Assembly: GCA_964627755.1 (NCBI GenBank)
Contig: CAZVIH010000076.1
Location: 23,566-87,565 of the forward strand
Origin: an uncultured Anaerolineales bacterium
GTDB taxonomy: Bacteria; Chloroflexota; Anaerolineae; Anaerolineales; UBA11858
Reading direction: 5' to 3'
Length of the DNA stretch: 64,000 nt
A program made the position numbers and the translations under genes. Below, in pieces: positions 56,381 through 64,000 of the stretch. Each line of letters begins with the position of its first letter. Positions within the stretch are counted from its first letter, which is position 1. The notes under the pieces are model-generated. The model did not search any database, was not told where the DNA came from, and saw nothing but the letters and a program-made list of their open reading frames with translations.

Positions 56381-56740
56381 ATGGCTAAAATGGCAATTAC
56401 CTGTAATGGAGACGGTCCAGTCAATATCATGCCCACCCTGATCATGGCTTCTTCCGGTTTGGCGCTTGACAATGAAGTAGTGATTTTCGTCTGTCCTGCC
56501 GGCGCCCGCTGGATGTTAAAAGGCGAACTGGAAACCCTGGGAACCCCCAAGGGCCTTCCCAATCCTGTTGAGCTCTTCAACACCATTATGGACCTCGGCG
56601 GCGAAGTGATCCTGTGCGAGCTGGCACTGGAAAACAAGGGCGTAGACCCCAAGGATCTGCGTGATGACAGGATCAAGATCACCAAAGCCCCACCCTTCCT
56701 GATGCAGATCGAGGATGCTACCATCACCTTCAGTTTCTAA
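56381..56740 (+). CDS. DsrE/DsrF/DrsH-like family sulfur-relay protein (COG2210-type)
   Basis: 119 aa. MAITCNGDGPVNIMPTLIMASSGLALDNEVVIFVCPAGARWM...GGEVILCELALENKG. AAGGAG RBS. Confidence 0.7.
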   Translation: MAKMAITCNGDGPVNIMPTLIMASSGLALDNEVVIFVCPAGARWMLKGELETLGTPKGLPNPVELFNTIMDLGGEVILCELALENKGVDPKDLRDDRIKITKAPPFLMQIEDATITFSF

Positions 56741-56767
56741 GTAAGTGTGAAGAAATCTTAAAAATAA

Positions 56768-56807
56768 AGGGACGAAATCCTTAAAACCGATCTCGTCCCT
56801 TTTTTTA
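56768..56807. terminator. intrinsic terminator closing the qmo-like operon (also faces the convergent LysR gene)
   Basis: AGGGACGA...TCGTCCCT stem followed by TTTTTTT. Confidence 0.7.
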
Positions 56808-56825
56808 TCTATTAACACAGCTCCA

Positions 56826-57779
56826 TTACAAATCTCGGATGGTATAGTTCAAATCTCCCCTGCTGGCCATTTCAATCAGATCTCGATTTGTTGGATCATG
56901 GATGAATCCCCAGAATGCATCCGCCGGCCGGTGGGATACTTTTAACCTTTTCCGGACCATATATATTGTCCGTATCAGGTTTATACCCTCTACAGGAATT
57001 GCAACTACATCGCCGCGTTCTAGTGCGCAGGCAGCAGCCAACTTCGAGACAAATGAGATCCCATAACCAGCTGCCACTGTGCGGACAATAGCTTCAGCGT
57101 TACCAACCTCCATAAAGTTTTTCAGGTCATCCAGACTGATATCATGGCTGGCCAATTCAGACAGGACAATTTTCCTTGTACCCGAAGTTTCCTCCCGCAT
57201 GATGATCGATTCTCCCAGCAAATCTTCCGGTTGGATCTTTTCCTGTGACACAAAAGGATGGTCTCTGGGCACGATCACTGTGATCAAATCATCGAAGAAT
57301 TCCTGCAGTTCAATTTCCTTTCCCGGGATTTCATAACTGACCACCCCCAGATTAGCATCTCCCTCCAATAAATTCAAAGCTACAGAGGTCGGAGTGCAAC
57401 GCAGCAATTTGGTTCGGACATTGGGGTGCCTGATCGAAAATCGGGCTGCCAAGTGGGGAAGTACGTATTTTCCAGCTGTTGTGCTGCAGGCTATCTGGAG
57501 ATTTCCAGCCATTCCTTCCTTGAGGGATTCCATCATTTCCTGCATCTCAATGGAGTCCTTTAATACCCGCCTGGCCCAGGGAACCAGCAATCTGCCAGCA
57601 TCAGTAAGTTTAATAGTGCCAGCCTGGCGATTAAATAAGGTCACACCCAGCTCTTTTTCCAGGGTTTTTATATGATGGCTGACTGTGGGCTGAGATAAAT
57701 GAAGGATTCTGGCTGCTTCTGAAAAATTGAGGTTCTGAGCGGCGTGTAAAAAAGTTTCGATCCGAAGAAGATCTACCAT
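56826..57779 (-). CDS. LysR-family transcriptional regulator
   Basis: MVDLLRIETFLHAAQNLNFSEAARILHLSQPTVSHHIKTLEKELGVTLFNR, plus a periplasmic-binding-like effector domain. ATG at 57779 chosen. Confidence 0.85.
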   Translation of the reverse strand: MVDLLRIETFLHAAQNLNFSEAARILHLSQPTVSHHIKTLEKELGVTLFNRQAGTIKLTDAGRLLVPWARRVLKDSIEMQEMMESLKEGMAGNLQIACSTTAGKYVLPHLAARFSIRHPNVRTKLLRCTPTSVALNLLEGDANLGVVSYEIPGKEIELQEFFDDLITVIVPRDHPFVSQEKIQPEDLLGESIIMREETSGTRKIVLSELASHDISLDDLKNFMEVGNAEAIVRTVAAGYGISFVSKLAAACALERGDVVAIPVEGINLIRTIYMVRKRLKVSHRPADAFWGFIHDPTNRDLIEMASRGDLNYTIRDL

Positions 57780-58097
57780 TTTTATCCTTGTAAAGTTACA
57801 GTCTAAAATAATCTTACCATACCTCATTTTAATCTTATCCAGACTACTTCTTATAAACAAACAGGCTCCCAGGAATCTGGAAACCTGTTTTTGATTTTTC
57901 AGTCTTAATATAACTTAACCATAAGACGATTCAGCACTTCTATACACTTTTGATTACGTTTTCTTATTGTTCTTTCTTATCTATCTTATAACTAAAAGCT
58001 ATTTAACGGGTGGGTTATTTATAACAAATGCTGATGAATTTGTGCTAACATTCACAAGTAAGAAGAGGATATTACCTTTTAAGAGAGGTTTTTTGAT

Positions 58098-59120
58098 ATG
58101 AAAATAAAAAGAATCGCCCCCGCCCTATTAACCGGTCTGATTGTTGGTTTATTGGCTATGACCTTGTTTACTGGCATGGTTTCAGCAGCCCCAAATACTC
58201 AAGGAGAAGATCCGCCTGAGAAGATATTGACTGACAATGATTGCGTTAAATGTCACCGGAATGTCGCTGATGATTGGTCCCATAGTCCGCATGCTCACGC
58301 TTATGATGATCCGGCTTTCCAGGAACAATGGATCGGTCTGGGCACTCCGGATACATGTCTTGCTTGCCATACCACCAATTTCATGTCAACCACTGGTGAA
58401 TATGAAACCGAGGGTGTTTCCTGCCAGTCCTGCCATGGTGCTGTCACAGAAAATCATCCCGACCAGGTGGTTCCCACAATTGTCGATTCTTATTACTGCG
58501 GCTCCTGCCATACTACAACTTTGAGCGAATGGCGCAGCACAGGACATGCCTCAAGTGACGTAGACTGCATGGACTGCCATAATCCTCACAGCCAACAACC
58601 GCTCTTTAATGATCATGATGATCTCTGCATTAATTGTCACAAAGACAGCATGGGAGATTATCTAAACGATCTCCATGTTCAAGAAGATATTGGCTGCGTG
58701 GATTGCCATGCGCTGGTACTCCCCCCTGATGTCGTCCCAGAAGACGGTATCGTCCCAACTGGACATGGGTTCACTATCTCAGCTGAGACCTGCGTTGCCT
58801 GTCATACAGATTCCCTGCACGCTGGGTTTACATTGCCCGGTTACGAAAACGGCGCAGCTAATAATGAACCTTTCCACACCAGCACTGAAGAACACGGGAG
58901 TACTGAAGGTGCTCAGCCGTTGACAGATACCACTCAGTCAAACGATCTAACAGATACTCAACGCATCCAAACCCTTGAGACTGCTCTTGCCAGCAGTCGG
59001 GTGAGCAATTTGTTCCAAGGCGCTGTGATCGGCCTGGTCCTGGGTGGAAGCACTGCCTGGTTCGTGGGTCAGAATCTTCGCGGCCGGTCAGATGAGGAGG
59101 AAGAGGAAAATGATCTCTAA
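58098..59120 (+). CDS. octaheme c-type cytochrome with an N-terminal signal/anchor and a C-terminal TM helix
   Basis: Eight CxxCH motifs: CVKCH, CLACH, CQSCH, CGSCH, CMDCH, CINCH, CVDCH, CVACH. C-terminal FQGAVIGLVLGGSTAWFVG and an acidic tail. Confidence 0.85.
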   Translation: MKIKRIAPALLTGLIVGLLAMTLFTGMVSAAPNTQGEDPPEKILTDNDCVKCHRNVADDWSHSPHAHAYDDPAFQEQWIGLGTPDTCLACHTTNFMSTTGEYETEGVSCQSCHGAVTENHPDQVVPTIVDSYYCGSCHTTTLSEWRSTGHASSDVDCMDCHNPHSQQPLFNDHDDLCINCHKDSMGDYLNDLHVQEDIGCVDCHALVLPPDVVPEDGIVPTGHGFTISAETCVACHTDSLHAGFTLPGYENGAANNEPFHTSTEEHGSTEGAQPLTDTTQSNDLTDTQRIQTLETALASSRVSNLFQGAVIGLVLGGSTAWFVGQNLRGRSDEEEEENDL

Positions 59121-59952
59121 AAAGGGATCCGCCAAAAAAACTAATAAAAAGAAAGCCCTGGTAACCCGGAAGGAATTTCTACAGATCGCTGGGTCAACAG
59201 GAGCAGCTGCTCTAGTCACCCAGCTGATCACGACGGGACCACTGTCCCCTGACGCAATCCAGGGGATTGGCGAAAGAACCCATGGGGAAGAAGGGAATTC
59301 CGAACATAACTGGTGTATGGCAATTGACCTCAGCAAATGTATTGGGTGCCAATATTGTATTTGGGCCTGCCAGGCAACTAACGATGTTCCAGATGACAAT
59401 ATGCGCTGGAACGTGGGCTACCCCGAACAGACCGAGAACGGAACAGAGTTCTTTATGACCAGGCCCTGCCTGCATTGTGAAGAAGCTCCTTGTGTAAAAG
59501 TCTGTCCGGTAGGTGCAACCTGGAAGCGAAAAGACGGCATAGTCACCATGGATTACAAAAGGTGTATCGGCTGCCGCTACTGCGAGGTTGCATGTCCTTA
59601 TGATGTCAGGCGATTTAACTGGGATGTTTCCGAAAAGGAAAATCCTTATCATCCTACCTGGGGATCGCCTGAAGTTGAGCGCCGTTCCCGGGGAGTTGTT
59701 GAAAAATGCACTTTCTGCAGCCACCGAATTGATCGCGGATTGGCTCAAGGGCTAACACCGGGAATCGATCGTGAAGCCACACCAGCCTGCGTGAATATTT
59801 GCCCAGTGAATGCCCGAATCTTTGGTGATCATAATGATCCCGAAAGCCCAGTATCCATTTTCGTAAAGAATAATGAGACCTTCCGCCTGAGGGAGGATTT
59901 TGGCACTAAACCCAAAATTCATTATGTGCGCCCTGAAAAGGAGGAAGTTTAG
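59110..59952 (+). CDS. periplasmic 4x[4Fe-4S] ferredoxin subunit of the NrfC/PsrB/DsrO/HmcB family
   Basis: Tat-like leader ...LVTRKEFLQIAGSTGAAALV. Cluster motifs CIGCQYCIWAC, CLHCEEAPCVKVCP, CIGCRYCEVACP and CTFCSHR...CVNICP. The ATG at 59110 overlaps the cytochrome gene end. Confidence 0.85.
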   Translation: MISKKGSAKKTNKKKALVTRKEFLQIAGSTGAAALVTQLITTGPLSPDAIQGIGERTHGEEGNSEHNWCMAIDLSKCIGCQYCIWACQATNDVPDDNMRWNVGYPEQTENGTEFFMTRPCLHCEEAPCVKVCPVGATWKRKDGIVTMDYKRCIGCRYCEVACPYDVRRFNWDVSEKENPYHPTWGSPEVERRSRGVVEKCTFCSHRIDRGLAQGLTPGIDREATPACVNICPVNARIFGDHNDPESPVSIFVKNNETFRLREDFGTKPKIHYVRPEKEEV

Positions 59953-61182
59953 ATGTTTAAATTTGATCTTTCCATTCCTAAAGAAGGCCGGGAGCGAGCC
60001 TGGTGGATCTGGATCGGTGTCCTGGGGCTGATGCTGGCTGTTGGATTATTTGGTGCCATCCGGGTCTTGGTTAAGGGTCTGCACGTGACTGGTTTATCTG
60101 ACCAGGTCCCCTGGGGGCTGTGGATTACCCAGGACCTGAGTTCAATCGCAACAGGTGCTGGTGCTTTTACTTTCTCGGCAATTGTCTACCTGTTCAGAAT
60201 CAAAAAATACCAGCCCATCGCCCGGGCCGCTGTTTTTGTGGGTTTCCTTGGTTATTCATCCGCGATGCTTGCCCTGGCCATGGATATCGGTCGACCAGAC
60301 CGGTTCTGGCATCCCCTGGTTTATTGGAATGTTCACTCAGTTTTATGGGAGATCACCTGGTGTGTAATCCTTTATTCCATTGTGCTTGTGCTGGAATTTA
60401 TACCGATCTTACTTGAAGGCAAATATTTTGACCGCTGGCCAAAACTTCGCAAGTATGGAGATTTAATCCACAAGGCATCACCCGTATTTGCCGCTATCGG
60501 GTTGGCATTATCCCTGCTCCACCAATCATCCCTGGGTGCTACTTACGGTGTGTTATCGGGACGGGCTATCTGGTATAAACCTTCCTTGCCGGTTATGTTC
60601 ATTCTCTCTGCTGTTGCAGGGGGGATATCCATGACACTGTTATTGACCATTCTGGTTGGCAAGCTGAATCGCCGGCAAATTATCAAACGTGAACTGCAAT
60701 ATGATATCTCCCGCATCGCCGGTTATGCCCTGCTCGCTTACCTGTATTTAAAGATCTGGGATTGGGCTGCAACATCATATTACAGCTCATCTCCCGGTAC
60801 AACCGAAGCTCTGGCTTTATTACAGTCAACCACGCCCTATACAAAAACCTTCTGGTGGATTGAGATCGTGCTGGGAGGTATAGTCCCGGCCATGATACTT
60901 TTGAATGCCAACTTCAGGAAAAATGACCGCTATACAATACTGGCGTTGGGAGCAATCATCGCAGGCGTGACTGTGAATCGCTGGAATGTTACCCTCTCTG
61001 GTCTGGTCGCTCCGCCTCGCTGGTCCCCGGGAGTTCTTGGTAATTTGATCTCTGCCTCTTATGTGCCCACTTGGAATGAAATTATCGTTTCAATCGGAAT
61101 CATTGCCTATGCCCTGCTGGCTTTCAGTTTTGGCATACGATATCTGCCAATCTACCCCAAAGACAAAGGTTCTGCCCATTAA
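59953..61182 (+). CDS. NrfD/PsrC-family polytopic quinone-interacting membrane subunit (409 aa, long form)
   Basis: Starts 1 nt after the FeS gene stop. About 10 predicted TM helices. DIGRPDRFWHPL loop is typical of NrfD-like proteins. Confidence 0.8.
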   Translation: MFKFDLSIPKEGRERAWWIWIGVLGLMLAVGLFGAIRVLVKGLHVTGLSDQVPWGLWITQDLSSIATGAGAFTFSAIVYLFRIKKYQPIARAAVFVGFLGYSSAMLALAMDIGRPDRFWHPLVYWNVHSVLWEITWCVILYSIVLVLEFIPILLEGKYFDRWPKLRKYGDLIHKASPVFAAIGLALSLLHQSSLGATYGVLSGRAIWYKPSLPVMFILSAVAGGISMTLLLTILVGKLNRRQIIKRELQYDISRIAGYALLAYLYLKIWDWAATSYYSSSPGTTEALALLQSTTPYTKTFWWIEIVLGGIVPAMILLNANFRKNDRYTILALGAIIAGVTVNRWNVTLSGLVAPPRWSPGVLGNLISASYVPTWNEIIVSIGIIAYALLAFSFGIRYLPIYPKDKGSAH

Positions 61183-61208
61183 CCTGGCCCCAGATGGGAT
61201 TTTAGAAT

Positions 61209-61247
61209 ATAAACAAACGCTTCAAAAGTATTGAAGCGTTTGTTTAT
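61209..61247 (+). terminator. intrinsic terminator after the NrfD-like gene
   Basis: ATAAACAAACGCTTCAA-AAGTA-TTGAAGCGTTTGTTTAT, a 17-bp perfect stem. Confidence 0.65.
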
Positions 61248-61339
61248 ATCAGCCAGGATATAGCTTTCACCTAGACGTAATTTATTGATTTCTGATTAGA
61301 AAAATCAGGCCAGGAATCGGCAACCCATAATATTTTCTT

Positions 61340-62290
61340 TTGGATATAATAATGATTACTAATAAATTATCAGATATGATCCTAGAGAATCCAATGTTAG
61401 ATGCTCACCAACTTAACATATTTCTTGTTGCCGCTGAAACTCTGAATTTCACCCAGGCTGCAGAAAGACTCCATATGAGTCAACCAAGCGTCAGCCAGCA
61501 TATACGGTCCCTCGAAAAACACTTTGACGAAATGCTATTTATCAGACAGGGAAGATCCCTGATTCTTTCAGATGCAGGCCGGATATTGATACCAATGGCC
61601 CAGCAGTTTGTTAAGCAGAGCACCAGGATTAACGAAGCCATGTCCTCCCTGAAAGGGCACATCAAAGGCCTGATCAGTATCAGTTGCAACGCCCTCACAG
61701 GTAGATATACATTACCGGAATTCTTTTCCCAGTTCCATCAGAATTATCCAGAAGTGACCATCTCCTGCCGGACAGATGGATGCGGCTACCCGTTAGAATC
61801 TCTCCGAAATGGGGATATACATTTTTTATTCACAAATCTGGAATCCATGATTGAGCCCTGCTACCAAACCCAGCTGCTCCTGACAGATGAGATCATGTTA
61901 ATCACCCCCAAGAATCATCCCTGGGCAAAACGTGAATATATCGAGGTTGAAGAGTTGCTTGAAGAAAAGTTTATCCTGCCCGCCGGAAATACTACAACCT
62001 ACTTAAAAGTGAATGAGGCCCTGGCTGTCAAGAATCTGTCGCTGTTACAGCTGGATTCGTTCCTGACACTGGATAATGCCGAAGCCATCGTTCTTTCTGT
62101 AAATAAAGGCCTGGGACTAAGTTTCAGCTCCACCACTATTTCATCAACGATCAGCGAAACTGTCCCCGTTCCGATCAAAGATATCAAAATCAAACAGGGG
62201 TTGTACATCGTAAGGGATAAAACTCAATTGACTACTGCAGCAAGAGATTCTTTCTGGGATTTCATAATAACAGCCAGCGCAGCCATCTAG
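61340..62290 (+). CDS. LysR-family transcriptional regulator (start uncertain; possibly ATG 61394)
   Basis: LDAHQLNIFLVAAETLNFTQAAERLHMSQPSVSQHIRSLEKHFDEMLFIR HTH, plus an effector domain. Confidence 0.8.
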   Translation: MDIIMITNKLSDMILENPMLDAHQLNIFLVAAETLNFTQAAERLHMSQPSVSQHIRSLEKHFDEMLFIRQGRSLILSDAGRILIPMAQQFVKQSTRINEAMSSLKGHIKGLISISCNALTGRYTLPEFFSQFHQNYPEVTISCRTDGCGYPLESLRNGDIHFLFTNLESMIEPCYQTQLLLTDEIMLITPKNHPWAKREYIEVEELLEEKFILPAGNTTTYLKVNEALAVKNLSLLQLDSFLTLDNAEAIVLSVNKGLGLSFSSTTISSTISETVPVPIKDIKIKQGLYIVRDKTQLTTAARDSFWDFIITASAAI

Positions 62291-62432
62291 GAAAAAGCGG
62301 AAACCGGTTTATATATTAAACCCAGGGCAATTTGCATCTAGCTCAGCTCTGTAATTCATCATCCCCCCACCGATCACTTAAGGTCTCATCGATATTTTCC
62401 ATCTCGCATACTGTAACATGGCTTCTGTTAGT

Positions 62433-62448
62433 GTGTGACATTTGTCAC
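62433..62448. promoter_or_regulatory. CRP/FNR-family-like site TGTGA-N6-TCACT upstream of a TATAAT box
   Basis: TGTGACATTTGTCACT (9/10 match to TGTGA-N6-TCACA). TATAAT lies at 62471-62476, which puts the site centre roughly 40 bp upstream of a likely TSS. Confidence 0.35.
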
Positions 62449-62496
62449 TATCTCGATCTAACCCAGCTGTTATAATCTTCACAAACTTATATACCC

Positions 62497-62508
62497 ATAT
62501 GTACATAT
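62497..62508. promoter_or_regulatory. 12-bp perfect palindrome abutting the second arsR-like start codon (candidate operator)
   Basis: ATATGTACATAT, immediately 5' of the ATG at 62509 and downstream of the TATAAT box. Confidence 0.35.
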
Positions 62509-62862
62509 ATGTCTATAAACAATAATTCCCTTGCGCAGGAAATCAATCAATTACATGCCAGGATCTGTTCAGCAATTTCAGAACCTAATCGTATATTATT
62601 AATATATGCTGTTGCTGAAAAACCCCAAAATGTAAATAATTTGGCGGAAATCGTAGGTATCAGTCAATCTGCGGCTTCACGCCATCTCAAAGTCCTCCGT
62701 GAGCGAGGATTGATCCAGGCCCAGCGTGATGGCGCCCAGGTGATCTATTCCCTGACAGATGAACGTTTTATTCTAGCCCTGGATTTACTTCGCGAGGTTA
62801 TGCTGGACCAGTTATCACAACAAGCCAATCTGATTAAACAAAATCAATCCAATGAGAGGTAG
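62509..62862 (+). CDS. ArsR/SmtB-family winged-helix regulator
   Basis: SEPNRILLIYAVAEKPQNVNNLAEIVGISQSAASRHLKVLRERGLIQAQRDGAQVIYSL. Confidence 0.8.
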   Translation: MSINNNSLAQEINQLHARICSAISEPNRILLIYAVAEKPQNVNNLAEIVGISQSAASRHLKVLRERGLIQAQRDGAQVIYSLTDERFILALDLLREVMLDQLSQQANLIKQNQSNER

Positions 62863-62865
62863 TCT

Positions 62866-64000
62866 ATGAAACAATCCAAATTCAGCTGGATATTTGGTGC
62901 CGTTTTTGTCCTTTTTATCATTGTGATCCCAATTGTGATCTTTTTCCCCCGGGGAGAAAAATCGATCAGTTCCGATCCATGGGAGAACGTGCCCCTGAAA
63001 GTCCCTCACACCGATCACTCTGCAATTGTGACAGGACCATTTGAAAACGGCCCAGATGTTACCAGAGCATGTCTGGAATGCCATGAAGATGCAGCCCAAC
63101 AGGTCATGGCGACAGTCCATTGGACCTGGGAAAGTAAACCATACCAGATCGAAGGCAGAAATAGCACAGTCACTGTTGGAAAAAAGAATTCCATCAATAA
63201 CTTCTGCATCGGTATTCAGGGCAACTGGCCCAGCTGTACTTCCTGTCATGCAGGTTATGGTTGGGAAGACGCCAATTTTGATTTCAACGATGAAGAGCTA
63301 GTGGACTGCCTTGCTTGTCACGATAATACCGGCACTTATGTGAAAGGACTAGCCGGTATTCCAGTTGAGGGAGTGAACTTATTGGAAGTCGCCCAGAGTG
63401 TCGCCGCTCCAACCCGGGAAAACTGCGGCAGCTGTCATTTTAATGGCGGCGGTGGCAACGCTGTAAAACATGGTGATCTAGATGAAACCCTCTATTTCCC
63501 GCCATCCAACGTGGATATTCATATGGGTGAACATGATTTTTTGTGCACAGACTGCCACCAGACAGAAAATCACAATATCATGGGCCGGTCTATCTCAGTC
63601 AGTCTGGATGATGAGAACCAAACCTACTGCACAGATTGCCATACCGAAGATCTTCATGATGATGACCGCATCAATACCCATATTGACTCGGTTGCTTGCC
63701 AAACCTGCCATATTCCAAACGCGGCCACCCGCGATGCAACCAAGATGTACTGGGATTGGTCCACAGCTGGCAGTGACGAGATCGAAGAAAGTGTTCACAC
63801 TTATCTTAAGATCAAGGGCAGTTTTGTATATGAAGGCAATTTCACACCAACTTATATGTGGTACAACGGTGGTGTAGCCGAACGCTATATCCTAGGAGAT
63901 AGGATCAATCCGGATGAACTCGTTCATATCAACTTGCCCGCAGGTGATATCACAGACAATTCTGCCAAAGTTTTTCCTTTCAAAGTGCACGTCGCAAAAC
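62866..64000 (+). CDS. membrane-anchored octaheme cytochrome c of the tetrathionate-reductase (Otr) family; the C-terminus runs off the window
   Basis: Absent from the ORF track because it has no in-window stop. The ATG at 62866, 4 nt after the arsR stop, reads MKQSKFSWIFGAVFVLFIIVIPIVIFF...CLECH...WTWES...NNFCIGIQGNWPSCTSCH...CLACH...CGSCHFNGGGGNAVKHGDL...CTDCH...CTDCH...CQTCH. Seven CxxCH motifs are visible. Confidence 0.8.
   Translation, partial: MKQSKFSWIFGAVFVLFIIVIPIVIFFPRGEKSISSDPWENVPLKVPHTDHSAIVTGPFENGPDVTRACLECHEDAAQQVMATVHWTWESKPYQIEGRNSTVTVGKKNSINNFCIGIQGNWPSCTSCHAGYGWEDANFDFNDEELVDCLACHDNTGTYVKGLAGIPVEGVNLLEVAQSVAAPTRENCGSCHFNGGGGNAVKHGDLDETLYFPPSNVDIHMGEHDFLCTDCHQTENHNIMGRSISVSLDDENQTYCTDCHTEDLHDDDRINTHIDSVACQTCHIPNAATRDATKMYWDWSTAGSDEIEESVHTYLKIKGSFVYEGNFTPTYMWYNGGVAERYILGDRINPDELVHINLPAGDITDNSAKVFPFKVHVAK

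Noticed and set aside
1-64000. CRISPR arrays, rRNA/tRNA genes, prophage or integron structures
   Set aside because: Reading the intergenic regions revealed no regularly spaced direct repeats, no tRNA-like cloverleaf candidates, and no phage structural or attC-like features. The only mobile DNA recognised is the single IS3 element.

Overview
This is a chromosomal window with about 60 protein-coding genes, one complete IS3-family insertion sequence, and no rRNA, tRNA or CRISPR array that I could recognise. Gene content suggests a Chloroflexota (Anaerolineae-like) genome. The clues are mevalonate kinase plus isopentenyl-phosphate kinase, archaeal-type ApgM, a DUF211/VIT pair and many multiheme cytochromes. 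This taxon call is inference only.

Gene order, 5' to 3':
- tlyA (partial)
- an isoprenoid block: UbiA-family prenyltransferase, mvk, MenA-like prenyltransferase, isopentenyl-phosphate kinase
- dynamin-like GTPase, dGTPase-like HD protein, greA
- IS3 element with a 4-bp target duplication
- mutS, an orphan MalK-type ATPase, apgM
- membrane/spermidine-synthase fusion, VIT and DUF211 proteins
- alaS with a structured leader, an unknown membrane protein, ruvX, mltG, folC
- a PhnCDE-like ABC system whose binding protein fuses two unrelated SBP domains
- larE-larB-larC without larA
- SanA-like protein, a lipoprotein, and a tyrosine-recombinase-like protein with a degenerate active site
- tilS
- a tight REC-CpaE/sirtuin/GAF-kinase/split-permease operon
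- cinA-N, livFGMHJ, an SDR

The last 14 kb (about 50.2-64.0 kb) is a regulator-rich sulfur/respiratory island. It encodes:
- ArsR, TusA, an MvhD-like protein with substituted cysteines, two HdrA/Qmo-like flavoproteins, a small wHTH protein, a QmoC-like protein and a DsrE-like protein
- a LysR regulator
- an octaheme cytochrome c with NrfC-like and NrfD-like partners
- a second LysR and a second ArsR
- an Otr-family octaheme cytochrome that runs off the window

The strongest candidate for an undescribed system is the Apr-less Qmo-like module bracketed by sulfur-carrier proteins. The next strongest are the dual-domain SBP and the receiver/sirtuin/kinase operon. All family calls come from reading motifs by eye; no database search was run.
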